This document shows positions 49,808 to 60,249 of a stretch of 64,000 nucleotides of DNA, one piece after another (the stretch's first letter is position 1; each line of letters begins with the position of its first letter). The notes beneath the pieces are model-generated. The model ran no database searches, was not told where the DNA came from, and saw nothing but the letters and a program-made list of their open reading frames with translations. Made by a program: the position numbers and the translations under genes. Origin of the DNA: Myxococcota bacterium (lineage in GTDB: Bacteria > Myxococcota_A > SURF-8); contig OZ223209.1 of assembly GCA_965140415.1 (NCBI GenBank), forward strand, positions 1,792,001-1,856,000, read 5' to 3'.

Positions 49808-52480
49808 CTACAGTTCATGCTTGGTTGGGTTGGAAAAAGTCGAGGTATCCCATTTTGAGAAATCGATGTTTTGCAGTTTCTCTCGAACCGCAAAAAACTC
49901 TGTTTGCAGATTCTGCAAACGTTCACCAAGGGGTTCGAGATCTCCCTGGCTGGCCGTTTTCTCGATTTCGTAGGCGACTTCATTGAAACGACCTGCACCG
50001 ATGCTTAAACCGGCACCTTTCATGGCGTGTGCCAGACGTTCGACTTTAGCCGGATCGTTGTTGGAGAATGCCTCCTGTATCGATTGCAGATGCTCGTTTG
50101 TGTCTTGAAGAAACGCCTGGACGATCTGTTCGAGTAATTCTGCATTGCGCCCAACGGAACGAAGTAATTGGGCCGAATCGAAAACCGGTGCCTCTGTCGA
50201 TGTTTGAGAGGATAGCATCGAATCCGAGGTCTCAGACGAGGTCAAATCCGTGGGTTTACAAGGGAGCCAGTTTTTTAGAACGTCATACAACTGATCGATT
50301 TGCAGAGGCTTGCCAAGGTAATCATCCATTCCGGCCTTTAAATAGCGTTCCTTCGCGCCATTGACGACATCGGCGGTCATGACGATGATTGGCGTCGGTG
50401 CTTTCTCGGATTGAATTTCTCGAATCAAAGCCGCAGCCTGTATTCCGTCCATGATCGGCATTTGAGCATCTAGCAGAACGGTATCGAAGGTTTGCCGCCG
50501 GTATTCTTCTACCGCCTCCTTGCCATTGTCTACCGCAACCACTTCGCAGCCCAGACGCTCAAGCATACCCACGGCTACTTTGCGGTTGACCAGATTGTCT
50601 TCGGCCAACAGTATTTTTGCCTGCAAACCGGCGAAGATGGGCGAGTTGCCGTACCGGTTTTCTGCCAAGGTATGGCGCGTGATCAAGCGCTTTTCTCGAT
50701 CCCGATCGACCGCCAGCCCCAAAGCGTCCATGATTTGTTCGGATCGGATCGGCCAACTGAGGTAGGCGAGATAGCCTGCTTTGGTCATGCGTCGAGCATC
50801 TCCGCGCAGCCCGTTATTGGAAATCAACAAAAGCGGCAGACGATTCAATCCCGGTTCTGAACGAATGCGCCAGGCCAGTTGTTCGGTATCCATGCCGATT
50901 GCGCCGGAATGAACGATCAATGCATCGAAGGGACGTTGATGCAAGGCTTGTTGCAAGCGCTGGAACATATCCGCTTCCGAGGAAGTAACTTCGATCTGCA
51001 AGCCGGATTGCTGCAACTCGTCGAGGATATGTTCGGAACTGGTGGAACGCTGTAGAAAAGCCAGTATGTGTAAGTCTTCCACAGTTCCGTATTGCAGAGA
51101 AGTTTCGTTGGGGGCCGTATCCAGCGGCAGTGTGATGCTAAAGTTGAAATCCGAACCTACGCCGATTTTGCTGGAAACCGAGATGTCACCGCCCATCATC
51201 TCCACGATTCGTTTGCTGATGGCCAAGCCCAATCCGGTTCCACCGTATTGCCGGGTTGTAGAGGTGTCCGCCTGGGTAAACTTCTCGAAGATCAATTCAT
51301 GCAGCGCCGGATCGATGCCGATACCCGTGTCTCTGATGCTGAATCTAAGTGTGGCTTGCTTGGCGTCTTTTTCCAGGCAGTCCACGCATATCGTTACCTG
51401 ACCTTCCTCGGTGAACTTGATTGCATTGCCGGCCAGGTTCATGATCACCTGCCGAATTCGTCCCGGATCGCCGATGAAACGGCGTGGTGCATCGGGCTGA
51501 TAGCGCACGACCAGCTTGATGCCTCTTTCCACCGCCTGGCTGATCAAGGGGAACTCGATGTCGCGCATGGTGATACCCAGATCAAAGGGGATCGGATCCA
51601 GGTCCATTTTCTGCGCTTCGATGCGGGAGAAATCCAGAATGTCGTTGATGATCACCATCAGGGAGTCGGCGGAGGAACGTACCATTTCAGCATAGTCACG
51701 CTGTTCTGCGCCCAATTCGGTTTCCAGCAGAAATTCGGTCATGCCGATAATGCCGTTCATCGGCGTTCGGATTTCGTGGCTCATGTTGGCCATGAATTCG
51801 CTTTTCGCACGACTGGCGGACTCCGCTGCTTCTTTGGCCAGCCAGGATTCTTCTTCGGCCCGCTTGCGATCCGCAATTTCCAATTTCAGTTGTTTATTGA
51901 CCAGTTCCAGATGGTGGGTGCGCTCGATGATCCTTTGCTCTAGTTGCTCCCGATGTTTTCTTGCGGCTTCTTCGACGATGAACTTGGACCCAAGCGAAAG
52001 AGCGAACTGCTGAATTTCCTGGGCGTGAAAAGGTTTGAATAGGAAGTAGACGTTTTCCGCCGGTGGCACTTTGGCGGCAATTTCATCCAGCCGTGTCGTT
52101 TCGCTGTGGGCTGTGGCGAAAACGATGTTGACATCGCGATCGAAAAAGCGAATACGCTCCGCGCATTCGATACCGCCGATGCCTTCGGGCATACGGATAT
52201 CTAAAAAAATGATTTGAAACGGTTCGTTGTCCTGCTTGGATTGACGCACGACTTCTACGGCGGTTTCTCCGTCGTCGGTCAATACAACTTCCAGACCACG
52301 CAGGGATTTCAAGGCTGGCGGGGAACGATAGACGTCCACGGAAAGATTCTGAGACAACGATCGTTTTTCCGGTTCTCCGAATCGACCCACAAGAATATTC
52401 CTGTAGGTCTTTAAAACGAACTCTTCGTCGTCTACAGCCATGACGCGTATCGGTTTGTTTGTTTCAGATGTGCTCGTCAT
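49808..52480 (-). CDS. Cytoplasmic hybrid histidine kinase REC-HisKA-HATPase-pseudoREC-REC-HPt
   Basis: N-terminal REC (VDDE, LDIRMP); [50 protein letters not shown]; HPt AHAMKG; no TM. Confidence 0.93.
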   Translation of the reverse strand: MTSTSETNKPIRVMAVDDEEFVLKTYRNILVGRFGEPEKRSLSQNLSVDVYRSPPALKSLRGLEVVLTDDGETAVEVVRQSKQDNEPFQIIFLDIRMPEGIGGIECAERIRFFDRDVNIVFATAHSETTRLDEIAAKVPPAENVYFLFKPFHAQEIQQFALSLGSKFIVEEAARKHREQLEQRIIERTHHLELVNKQLKLEIADRKRAEEESWLAKEAAESASRAKSEFMANMSHEIRTPMNGIIGMTEFLLETELGAEQRDYAEMVRSSADSLMVIINDILDFSRIEAQKMDLDPIPFDLGITMRDIEFPLISQAVERGIKLVVRYQPDAPRRFIGDPGRIRQVIMNLAGNAIKFTEEGQVTICVDCLEKDAKQATLRFSIRDTGIGIDPALHELIFEKFTQADTSTTRQYGGTGLGLAISKRIVEMMGGDISVSSKIGVGSDFNFSITLPLDTAPNETSLQYGTVEDLHILAFLQRSTSSEHILDELQQSGLQIEVTSSEADMFQRLQQALHQRPFDALIVHSGAIGMDTEQLAWRIRSEPGLNRLPLLLISNNGLRGDARRMTKAGYLAYLSWPIRSEQIMDALGLAVDRDREKRLITRHTLAENRYGNSPIFAGLQAKILLAEDNLVNRKVAVGMLERLGCEVVAVDNGKEAVEEYRRQTFDTVLLDAQMPIMDGIQAAALIREIQSEKAPTPIIVMTADVVNGAKERYLKAGMDDYLGKPLQIDQLYDVLKNWLPCKPTDLTSSETSDSMLSSQTSTEAPVFDSAQLLRSVGRNAELLEQIVQAFLQDTNEHLQSIQEAFSNNDPAKVERLAHAMKGAGLSIGAGRFNEVAYEIEKTASQGDLEPLGERLQNLQTEFFAVREKLQNIDFSKWDTSTFSNPTKHEL

Positions 52481-52654
52481 ATTGAAACTGCCCCCGCAAT
52501 CTCGATGATGCTAAATTCCCAGATGCTCAGCTCCCAAGTAAAATACCAATCGGAGTACGTCATTGATTACATGATCGTTTTCATGCACGTATCACATGAT
52601 ACTGGGCTCCCGTAACGGAGCACACACAATAGCACCAATATCATGTCTTCGTCA

Positions 52655-53854
52655 TCAACCGAAAGTCGTTTGAATCTGTGTCCAATCCGGTAGACGATCC
52701 AATAAGCCGATCGAAGCCAGGAAGTCTTCGTCGACTTGTAAAAGATGTTGTCCCTGCGACTGCCCTGCCAGTGCATTGGCAACATGTACTGCTACAATAG
52801 GCGATAAACCCGAAACCCGAGTTTCATTCGGACTATGATGAAAAAGGATTGCCTGCACCACGGGATCCGCAAATCCCCACAGGCTCATTAAAAACGCACC
52901 GACTTCCGCATGCGTCGCCCCAAACACTTCTCGCTCAAGCCGCTCGACATCACGATGGAATTCAGGAGTTTTTTGCAGGTTGGCGCGTTTTGCGAGAAAC
53001 CACACCATTTGTTCCGGAACGCGGCAAGCCAAAACCAGCTTTCCGCAATCGTGCAGTAAACCGGCCAGATACGCCTGGTCGATGATGCGCTGATTGGTGC
53101 TTTCCCCGGATGCGATGCGTCGTGATAGTTCTCCAACAAGCAGGCTATGCTGCCAGAGTTCATCGATGGAGAATCCGGGAGTTTGGGAAACATCGAATTT
53201 TGTAAATAACTGTGTGACCAGTACCAACGCTTTTACGGTTTCCATTCCCAACAGCACAACCGCCTGACCTGGGCTGGAGACACTTTGCGGAACGGAGAAG
53301 AATGCGGAGTTGACGAGTTGCAGAATTTTGGTCGTCATTCCGGCATCGCGACCGATGATTTCACCGATGCGGCGCATGGAAGATTCTTTACTGAGCAATT
53401 CTGCATGCAGTTCTTCAAGAATCACGGGCAGACTGGGCAATGCTCCGATCTGAGCTATCAACTGGCGTAATTTCTTGGAAGCCAGACGCTGACGCAATTC
53501 CAGCGTTTGTCCGATTTTGGCGAAAAGTGCTTCCGGAAGAATGGGTTTAAGCAATACTTGATGAACGATATTGCTGGAGAAGAGAGCGGTTTCCTTGTCT
53601 GCGTGAGAACAAAAAGCGATGCGGATGGTGTCGGGATAGCGATTGCGAACCCGCCGTAGCAACTCCACTCCGTCCATACCCTTGAGATTGATATCCGTGA
53701 CCAGGACATCGAACGGAGTCGGTTCAAAGCGGACAAGCGCCATTGAACCGCTTTCCACGAAGTCAAGCTCCCACTTATCCCGCCACGGATGCAACGACCG
53801 CCGTAATGCCTGCAACCGGACAAGATCGTCATCTACGAATAATATACGTTTCAT
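52655..53854 (-). CDS. REC-HDOD domain response regulator
   Basis: ILFVDDD, LPSLP, KILQLVNSAFF, LWQHS, GLLHDCGK, THAEVGA. Confidence 0.92.
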   Translation of the reverse strand: MKRILFVDDDLVRLQALRRSLHPWRDKWELDFVESGSMALVRFEPTPFDVLVTDINLKGMDGVELLRRVRNRYPDTIRIAFCSHADKETALFSSNIVHQVLLKPILPEALFAKIGQTLELRQRLASKKLRQLIAQIGALPSLPVILEELHAELLSKESSMRRIGEIIGRDAGMTTKILQLVNSAFFSVPQSVSSPGQAVVLLGMETVKALVLVTQLFTKFDVSQTPGFSIDELWQHSLLVGELSRRIASGESTNQRIIDQAYLAGLLHDCGKLVLACRVPEQMVWFLAKRANLQKTPEFHRDVERLEREVFGATHAEVGAFLMSLWGFADPVVQAILFHHSPNETRVSGLSPIVAVHVANALAGQSQGQHLLQVDEDFLASIGLLDRLPDWTQIQTTFG

Positions 53855-53863
53855 CCTTGCGCC

Positions 53864-53891
53864 AGTATAACAGAATAGACATCTATGTCAA
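53864..53891 (-). promoter_or_regulatory. Promoter of the REC-HDOD gene (near-leaderless)
   Basis: TTGACA-16 nt-TATACT with an extended -10 TG; the hexamer ends 9 nt before the ATG. Confidence 0.6.
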
Positions 53892-54158
53892 CAGCATTTA
53901 CATTCTAATTCGGACATTGAAAGGCCGGATCATATTGATTCTATTAGCTTTTTTGCTTTGTTAAACAGAAATGGTTCCTGATTGGGGTCTTGAAAAAAAA
54001 GCATATGCTTTTAATCCTAGTGTGTTACTGAAACTTACTTATGAGTAAAATTATGATAGCCAGGTTACAGGCAAGTTAAAGGATGATTTGGAATCCGCTA
54101 AAAATCGGGTGCCTGAATCGGAATGAAAGATCAGGCTGTTTTTAGTCCATTTCGATGT

Positions 54159-55553
54159 CTAGCTCGGACCGAGTTTGTGACCGCTTGGTTTGCGCTTGAG
54201 AATGCGTCCGACCAGGTCGTGCTCGTGGCTGTCAGTGATGCGCACCGGGCGAATCGTGCCGACTTCGGCTTCACCCTGCGTCAAGTATGTCACGCCGTCG
54301 ATCTCGCGCGCCTGTCCCCAGAATCGCCCCGATAGCAGAAATTCATGTTCGGCGCTTGCACCTTCCACCAGCACATCGACGACTTTACCGCGATAGCGTT
54401 GCAGACGTTCCTCTGATACTACGCGTTGCACTTCCAGAAGGCGTTCCAGCCGATCTTCTTTCACTTTTTCCGTTATCTGATCGGGTAGCGTTGCGGCCAC
54501 GGTTCCTTCTTCGCAGGAAAATGCGAAGGCTCCCAGGCGGTCGAAATGTCCTTCGGCGACGAAGTCCAGCAAGTGCCGGAACTGCGCGTCGGTTTCGCCC
54601 GGATAGCCGACGATCAGGGTGCTGCGCAATACGGCGTTGGGAAGAATCTCACGCACACGTTCAATGGCAGTGCGTGTGGAGGCTTCGCTATCTTTGCGGC
54701 GCATCGATTTCAAAATCTTGCTGTCGATATGCTGAACGGGCATGTCGATGTAAGGCAGCACCGTGTCGCTCTCCCTGATGCTTTCCAATAGTTCCCGCTC
54801 CAATAACGACGGATACAGGTAATGCAAGCGCACCCAGTGGCGCCCGCGAGCCAGTTCCGGCGTGCGTAACAGCGCCGCCAGGCTGGCGCCGTCTGTGCGG
54901 TCCTGCCCGTACGCGGTGACGTTCTGCCCGATCAGGACCAGTTCCTTTACGCCTTGCTGTCGCAGCTTTTTCGCTTCGCGTTGAATGTCCTGTATCGAGC
55001 GGCTGCGCTGCGGTCCGCGCACGCGCGGAATCACGCAAAATGCACAATGACTGGAGCAGCCTTCCGACAGTTTGATGTTGGCGCTGTACGGCGGTGTGGC
55101 CAGCACACGCGGCGTATCGGCATTCATCAGAAATTGGGGGCGAGCGACGCGGATGCGTTCGCTTTCGTTACCCGAAAGCAACTCTTCCAGCACATACAAT
55201 TCACCGGTGCCCAGAAAGACATCGACTTCCGGCAGTTCCTTGGCCAGTTCCTGCGGGTAGCGTTGCGCCAGACAACCGGCTACGATCAGCTTTTTAAGCC
55301 GTCCCTTTTTCTTGAGTTCGGCGATTCCCAGGATCGTGTCGATTGATTCCTCTTTGGCTTCTTCCACGAAGCAGCAGGTATTGATGAGCACCCAGTCGGC
55401 CCGTTCGGCTTCGGGGATGACCTGCCAGCCGGCCTTAACCGCCAGACCGACCAGCACCTCCGAATCCACCAGGTTCTTGTCGCAGCCCAACGAAACGAAA
55501 CAGATCGTTCCCGGTTTCTTGTTGCTTGCTTGCTTGTTAGCGTTACTCATCAT
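54159..55553 (-). CDS. rimO: Ribosomal protein S12 methylthiotransferase RimO
   Basis: SLGCDKNLVDSE, INTC, GCLAQRY, radical SAM EGCSSHCAFC, GYPGET, TRAM domain with EIDG. Confidence 0.93.
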   Translation of the reverse strand: MMSNANKQASNKKPGTICFVSLGCDKNLVDSEVLVGLAVKAGWQVIPEAERADWVLINTCCFVEEAKEESIDTILGIAELKKKGRLKKLIVAGCLAQRYPQELAKELPEVDVFLGTGELYVLEELLSGNESERIRVARPQFLMNADTPRVLATPPYSANIKLSEGCSSHCAFCVIPRVRGPQRSRSIQDIQREAKKLRQQGVKELVLIGQNVTAYGQDRTDGASLAALLRTPELARGRHWVRLHYLYPSLLERELLESIRESDTVLPYIDMPVQHIDSKILKSMRRKDSEASTRTAIERVREILPNAVLRSTLIVGYPGETDAQFRHLLDFVAEGHFDRLGAFAFSCEEGTVAATLPDQITEKVKEDRLERLLEVQRVVSEERLQRYRGKVVDVLVEGASAEHEFLLSGRFWGQAREIDGVTYLTQGEAEVGTIRPVRITDSHEHDLVGRILKRKPSGHKLGPS

Positions 55554-55562
55554 CGTGATCCT

Positions 55563-57158
55563 TCATGCGGATTCATTGCGAAGTTGAACTTGACGGCGCG
55601 CGGCGCGCAGACCGTCGACGGCGGCGCTGGTGATTCCGCCCGCATATCCCGCGCCTTCCCCGACCGGAAGCAGTCCCGGCAGGGTAACGGAATGGAAACT
55701 GTCCGGGTCGCGCAGCACACGAAGCGGCGCGGAGGTTCTGGATTCCACCGCGAAGAGCAGGGCTTGCTCGTGACGCGAGAAACCGCGTAGCAGATGGTCG
55801 AAACGCTCCAGTCCTGCATCGAGCGCCTGAAGGATGGCAGCCGGGAAGATCGAACGGATATCCGCTCGAATCGCACCCGAAAGGCAACTGCTGCGCTGCG
55901 GCAGGGTTACATCGCCTTTTCCGCGATAGGCCAATAGGGGCAGGGCAGGTGCTTGGGAATTTCCTCCGGCCTGCTGCACCAGATCGAAGGCGCGTGTTTC
56001 CAGTTCGTGACGAAAGGCCAGCGGCGCGAAGATGTCCGCGCCCCAGTCGCGAGGATCGACGGTTACGACGACGGCGGAATTGGACCAGCGCGAACCACGC
56101 GCGGTGTTGCTCATGCCGTTGACGACCATTGTTGCGGCTTCGGTGGCGGCGGGTAATACGTAACCGCCTGGGCACATGCAGAAGCTATAGACGCCGCGCT
56201 CAAGTTGTTTGAGGTTGCAGGTCAGCCGGTAGCTGGCGCTCTCCAGCGCCGGATGCCCGGCGGATTCGCCAAACTGGGATCGGTCGATGAACTCCCGTGG
56301 ATGCTGTACACGCAGACCGACGGCAAAGGGCTTTTGTTCCATCGCCGCGCCGCGTTGATGAAGCCAGCGGTAAGTGTCCGAGGCACCGTGTCCGCAGGCC
56401 ACCAGAACGACATCTGCATTTAGCGTTTCTTCGCGTTCCTGCTCGTTCAAACGCAATACGCGGATTCCGCTGACCTGGCCGTTTTGCTGCTCCAGATCGA
56501 CGGCGCGTGTGTGGAAGTGAAATCGAACCCCCCATTGTTGCAGGGCTTGCGCCATATTGCGGATCACCTGGCGGATGAGATTGGAGCCGACGTGTGGATT
56601 GTAGGCCCACAAAATCCGTTCGGGTGCGCCGAAGGCCGCCAGAATTTGCAGGATTTCCGATACTTCTGGATGCTTGATTCGTGTGGTCAGCTTTCCGTCC
56701 GAGTACAACCCGGCTCCGCCAAGGCCGAAACAGACGTTGTCGTCCGGGTTCAAGATGCCGCGCCGGAAGTAGGCACCGGTGGCGCGGTGGCGCTCCGGTA
56801 GTGACGAGCCACGCTCGACAAGGTCCACTTCCCAGCCACCACGGCGAAATTCCAGTGCGGCGAATAAGCCCGCCGGTCCCGCGCCGACAACGATGGCCCG
56901 CCCTCGTGGACGATCGTAGGCGGTGATTTCACGGGCGTAGCGTTCTGGGGTTGGAGGGCCGGGAGGCGTTTCATCCACGGCGAAGACCTGCAAGCGGTAG
57001 ATCACGCGAATCGCGTTTTTACGGCGGGCGTCGATGCTGCGGCGCAGAAAGCGCAACGTTCCGATGCGCTCTTGTTTCCAGCCGAGTTGTTCCGCCACAA
57101 GCTGTCGCAATTCGGCATCCCGCTCCAGGGGGACGATCAGGTTATCGATCTGTTCCAT
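55563..57158 (-). CDS. FAD-dependent dehydrogenase (COG2509-like)
   Basis: RRSIDARRK, VGAGPAG, GGAGLYSDGKL, YSFCMCPGG, GEGAGYAGGITSAAVDG. Confidence 0.88.
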   Translation of the reverse strand: MEQIDNLIVPLERDAELRQLVAEQLGWKQERIGTLRFLRRSIDARRKNAIRVIYRLQVFAVDETPPGPPTPERYAREITAYDRPRGRAIVVGAGPAGLFAALEFRRGGWEVDLVERGSSLPERHRATGAYFRRGILNPDDNVCFGLGGAGLYSDGKLTTRIKHPEVSEILQILAAFGAPERILWAYNPHVGSNLIRQVIRNMAQALQQWGVRFHFHTRAVDLEQQNGQVSGIRVLRLNEQEREETLNADVVLVACGHGASDTYRWLHQRGAAMEQKPFAVGLRVQHPREFIDRSQFGESAGHPALESASYRLTCNLKQLERGVYSFCMCPGGYVLPAATEAATMVVNGMSNTARGSRWSNSAVVVTVDPRDWGADIFAPLAFRHELETRAFDLVQQAGGNSQAPALPLLAYRGKGDVTLPQRSSCLSGAIRADIRSIFPAAILQALDAGLERFDHLLRGFSRHEQALLFAVESRTSAPLRVLRDPDSFHSVTLPGLLPVGEGAGYAGGITSAAVDGLRAARRQVQLRNESA

Positions 57159-57227
57159 GACGTTCCATCCGCCATCAATGAAAGCCCGGTTTCGCGGCCA
57201 TGTATTGGAATGTGACAGGAGTCATAT

Positions 57228-57257
57228 AAATAGACCGGGCACATTCGCCCGGTCTTT
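57228..57257 (-). terminator. Hairpin/terminator downstream of the selenoprotein gene
   Basis: AGACCGGGC-loop-GCCCGGTCT stem with T/A-rich flanks. Confidence 0.55.
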
Positions 57258-57308
57258 CTAGCTGTATATGCTGAAAAATCCTAGATTTTATTTTGCTGCG
57301 TCTGCTTT

Positions 57309-57521
57309 TCAGTCGTCGGTCAATTCTCCCGGTCGCGGAAAACGTCCGATCTGGCGTTTGGAAAACACCAGTTTTCCGTCGCGCAGCACTTCGAACACGC
57401 CGCCACGACTGGGAATGAAGGTAATATCGGCTTCCGGGAATTTCTCTTTGATTTCTTCCGACGCACGGTCGGCGCGAGGTCTATAGTTTCAAGAAGTGCA
57501 GTATTCGATGGACCATTTCAT
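57309..57521 (-). CDS. SelW/SelT/SelH (Rdx)-family selenoprotein, CxxU, in-frame TGA read as Sec
   Basis: Manual translation: MKWSIEYCTS-U(TGA 57491-57489)-NYRPRADRASEEIKEKFPEADITFIPSRGGVFEVLRDGKLVFSKRQIGRFPRPGELTDD*; ATGA overlap with the upstream gene. Confidence 0.92.
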
Positions 57522-57793
57522 GCGTGGTTCTCCTCTGTGTCCATGGTGGCGTTCTCGCTGGTGTCATCGACGGAGAATTCGTCTTGTACGTCCGCTACCG
57601 GAGGCGCAAAAGTCGTCGCGGCGACCGGTTCTTCCTCGCGGTCGTATTTCCACATGTAAACCGCCAGGCAGCCCAGCCCCAGACCCCAGCCGATCCAGTA
57701 TATCACATCGCTATGCTTGGCGGCGAAAAAACCACCCGCCAGACCGAAAACCAGGCTCAATACCAGCAATACCCATCCAAACCACTTCGGCAT
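57518..57793 (-). CDS. Small 2-TM membrane protein with acidic tail
   Basis: RBS GGAGGA before ATG 57793; MPKWFGWVLLVLSLVFGLAGG...; stop overlaps the selenoprotein start. Confidence 0.7.
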   Translation of the reverse strand: MPKWFGWVLLVLSLVFGLAGGFFAAKHSDVIYWIGWGLGLGCLAVYMWKYDREEEPVAATTFAPPVADVQDEFSVDDTSENATMDTEENHA

Positions 57794-57996
57794 ACTATCC
57801 TCCAGGTTCACGTAAAAAACGAGATCATCCTGTAGCACATTCAGGGCTGAAATGCAAGCGCAAGCTACAGAATATAACTGGTATTCTTGGCTTCGCAGTA
57901 GGTTGGGATTCAGCTTCGATATCAGGTAACGTAGTTGTTTTGCCCGATGAAATCGAGTATGCTGCTTATGCAGACGAGCCAATCATGAGGAAATGG

Positions 57997-58479
57997 ATGA
58001 GCGAATTCGATTCGAAAACGCAGCCAATGCAGGACGAAGCCGTATTCTGGCAAGAGTTGGCAAAGGGCGAGGTGCTGGCATTTCGCGCCCGAGGGCGCAG
58101 CATGCTGCCGTTGTATCGGTCCGGGACGCTGTTTCTGATTCAACGGACCGAGCCTACCGCCCTTCGCATTGGCGATCTGGTCTTATGTAAATATGGAGAC
58201 GATGTCCGCCTGCATCGCCTGCTCGGTCGAACAGAAGACAACCCACCGAAATTGTTTACAAAAGGCGACTGGCTGTCCGAAGTCGATGCGCCCTGGACAC
58301 AAGATTGCGTACAGGGGCGGGCCATTGCCGTGCAATTCAGGGGGCGTTTCATTTCGCTTCAGGGCGCACTGCAAAACCGCATGAAACCTCTTTCGGCCAC
58401 GCTAAGCCTGTTCAGCGCTCCTTTACTTTCCGCCATGCGAAAACTCTCCCGGCGGCTGCTTCCTTCACGCTGGGATTGA
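57997..58479 (+). CDS. S24/S26-family peptidase-like protein
   Basis: RGRSMLP (catalytic Ser), GDLVL, LHRL, TKGD; RBS GAGG before ATG 57997. Confidence 0.8.
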   Translation: MSEFDSKTQPMQDEAVFWQELAKGEVLAFRARGRSMLPLYRSGTLFLIQRTEPTALRIGDLVLCKYGDDVRLHRLLGRTEDNPPKLFTKGDWLSEVDAPWTQDCVQGRAIAVQFRGRFISLQGALQNRMKPLSATLSLFSAPLLSAMRKLSRRLLPSRWD

Positions 58480-58519
58480 GTCGTTAATCAGGCTGAATTA
58501 CAAGATACTGAAGTTCTGC

Positions 58520-58609
58520 CCGATTCCAGGGTGGCGCGGGCTAAGCCGCAGGCTTGCCCGTGTACAAGAGCCGCATGGGCAAGCTCTGTTTCTCTTCGCT
58601 TCACCCATG
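58520..58609. repeat. Dispersed ~90-bp two-hairpin repeat, copy 2
   Basis: Near-identical to 33774-33862. Confidence 0.9.
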
Positions 58610-58749
58610 GACCTGTCACTGGGATTGAATATCCATTCAGGATGATCTCACTTTTCGGTTGCCAGCGGGGAGACAGTTGGCTACACTTGAAACGGCCAGA
58701 AATCAACCGAGACAAACCGAGTCCATTCGTTTTCAGATCGGAGGTGTAC

Positions 58750-59334
58750 ATGCGAGCGAAACGAATCGCCACGTGCTTGTTTTCCGCATTATTGCTGCTG
58801 TTATTGTGTGCTTCTGTCGCACAAGCTGATAAATCAAAGAAATCGCCTAAAGCATCCAAACCGATGACCCTGCAATCGGAAGTGTTTTCCGATGGCGCGC
58901 AGATTCCAATGGAGTACGGCTGCAAGCCGGATGGAAATTTCAAGAAAGCCTCGCCTCCACTCAACTGGACCAACGCCCCGCAAGGCACGAAAAGTTTCGT
59001 GATTTTAATGGACGATCCTGCCGAAGTCGCCAAATACTGGGTGCATTGGGTGGCGGTGGATATTCCTGCCGAAACCTCATCGTTGCCCAAGGGCGCCAGT
59101 GGCAAGCGTATGCCGCTAGGCAGCAAGGAACTTCAGAATACCTTCGAAACGCTCGGTTATGGCGGTCCCTGCCCGCCCGATAAAGCGCACAGCTACCGCA
59201 TTCGGATTTACGCCATGCCGACCGAAAAAACGGATCTTACCGTCTGCGGCAAGCGCGGCGACGAACTGAATCGGGAGTTGGAAAAATTGGCGCTGGCACA
59301 CGCGCAACTCACCGGCAGCTATCCTAAAAAGTGA
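58750..59334 (+). CDS. YbhB/YbcL (PEBP/RKIP-like) exported protein
   Basis: Signal peptide; SPPLNW, DDP...WVHWV, YGGPCPP, HSYRIRIYA; RBS GGAGG. Confidence 0.92.
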   Translation: MRAKRIATCLFSALLLLLLCASVAQADKSKKSPKASKPMTLQSEVFSDGAQIPMEYGCKPDGNFKKASPPLNWTNAPQGTKSFVILMDDPAEVAKYWVHWVAVDIPAETSSLPKGASGKRMPLGSKELQNTFETLGYGGPCPPDKAHSYRIRIYAMPTEKTDLTVCGKRGDELNRELEKLALAHAQLTGSYPKK

Positions 59335-59374
59335 GAAAAAGAAAACGGGCCGCCCCTGATCGAGACAGCCCGTT
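59335..59374 (-). terminator. Terminator after panB (convergent gene pair)
   Basis: Minus strand reads ACGGGCTGTCTC-GATCA-GGGGCGGCCCGT followed by TTTCTTTTT. Confidence 0.75.
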
Positions 59375-59397
59375 GTGATGCGGTTTGCAATTCAGCC

Positions 59398-60249
59398 TTA
59401 CAGTTTTTCCGCTTTTTCAGCGAATTTCTCCAGTTCGGCATCCTCGATTGTAAAGGTGTGTTCGACTGCCGGGAAGGTCTGTGCTTCCACTTCCTGACGA
59501 TACCCCTGCGCCGCTTTGAGCATGTCATCCCCAATGGTGGCCCAGCTCTTGACGAATTTGGGCGTGAATCCGGCGCGAATGCCCAGCATGTCGTGCAACA
59601 CCAGCACCTGGCCATCGCAGCCTGAACCGGCGCCGATGCCGATGGTGGGAATCTCCAGCTTTTTGGAGATCAATTCCGCTACCCGGTCCGGCACCATTTC
59701 GAAGACGACCATGCATGCGCCCGCTTCCTGCAACAGCAGGGCGTCTTTTAAAATGTGCATGGCCTGTTCGGCAGTTTTTCCCTGTACGCGATAGCCGCCC
59801 AGCATGCCCGCCGTCTGCGGCGTAAGACCCAAGTGACCGACGGTCGGAATTCCCGCCTGCACGACCGCTTTCAATGTTTCGGCCATAAGGCCGCCGCCTT
59901 CCAGCTTGACGGCGTCGGTGTGTGCTTCCTTTATAAAGCGTCCGGCGTTGCGGATCGCTTCTTCGCGATTGACGTTATAGGACATGAAGGGCATGTCGCC
60001 GATGACGAAGGCGTGTTGCGTACCACGCGCCACGGCGGCGGATAGCATTACCATTTCGTCCATAGAAACCGGCAGCGTGTCCTTGTACCCAAGTACGACG
60101 TTGGCGGCGGAATCGCCGATTAGGATGCAGTCGATGCCTGCCTCATCCAGTGCACGCGCGCTGGGGGCGTCGTAGGCGGTGAGCATGGTGATTTTTTCGC
60201 CCTGCGCCTTTTTCTGCTTCAGTGTCGCCAGTCCGATTTTCTTGCCCAT
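59398..60249 (-). CDS. panB: 3-methyl-2-oxobutanoate hydroxymethyltransferase
   Basis: MLTAYD, IGDS, DMPFMSY, VKLEGG, HLGLTPQ, IGIGAG, DGQVLV. Confidence 0.97.
   Translation of the reverse strand: MGKKIGLATLKQKKAQGEKITMLTAYDAPSARALDEAGIDCILIGDSAANVVLGYKDTLPVSMDEMVMLSAAVARGTQHAFVIGDMPFMSYNVNREEAIRNAGRFIKEAHTDAVKLEGGGLMAETLKAVVQAGIPTVGHLGLTPQTAGMLGGYRVQGKTAEQAMHILKDALLLQEAGACMVVFEMVPDRVAELISKKLEIPTIGIGAGSGCDGQVLVLHDMLGIRAGFTPKFVKSWATIGDDMLKAAQGYRQEVEAQTFPAVEHTFTIEDAELEKFAEKAEKL

Noticed and set aside
57496-57996. N-terminal half of the 327-aa + strand ORF
   Set aside because: It overlaps genuine minus-strand genes; peptidase-like sequence begins at 57997.
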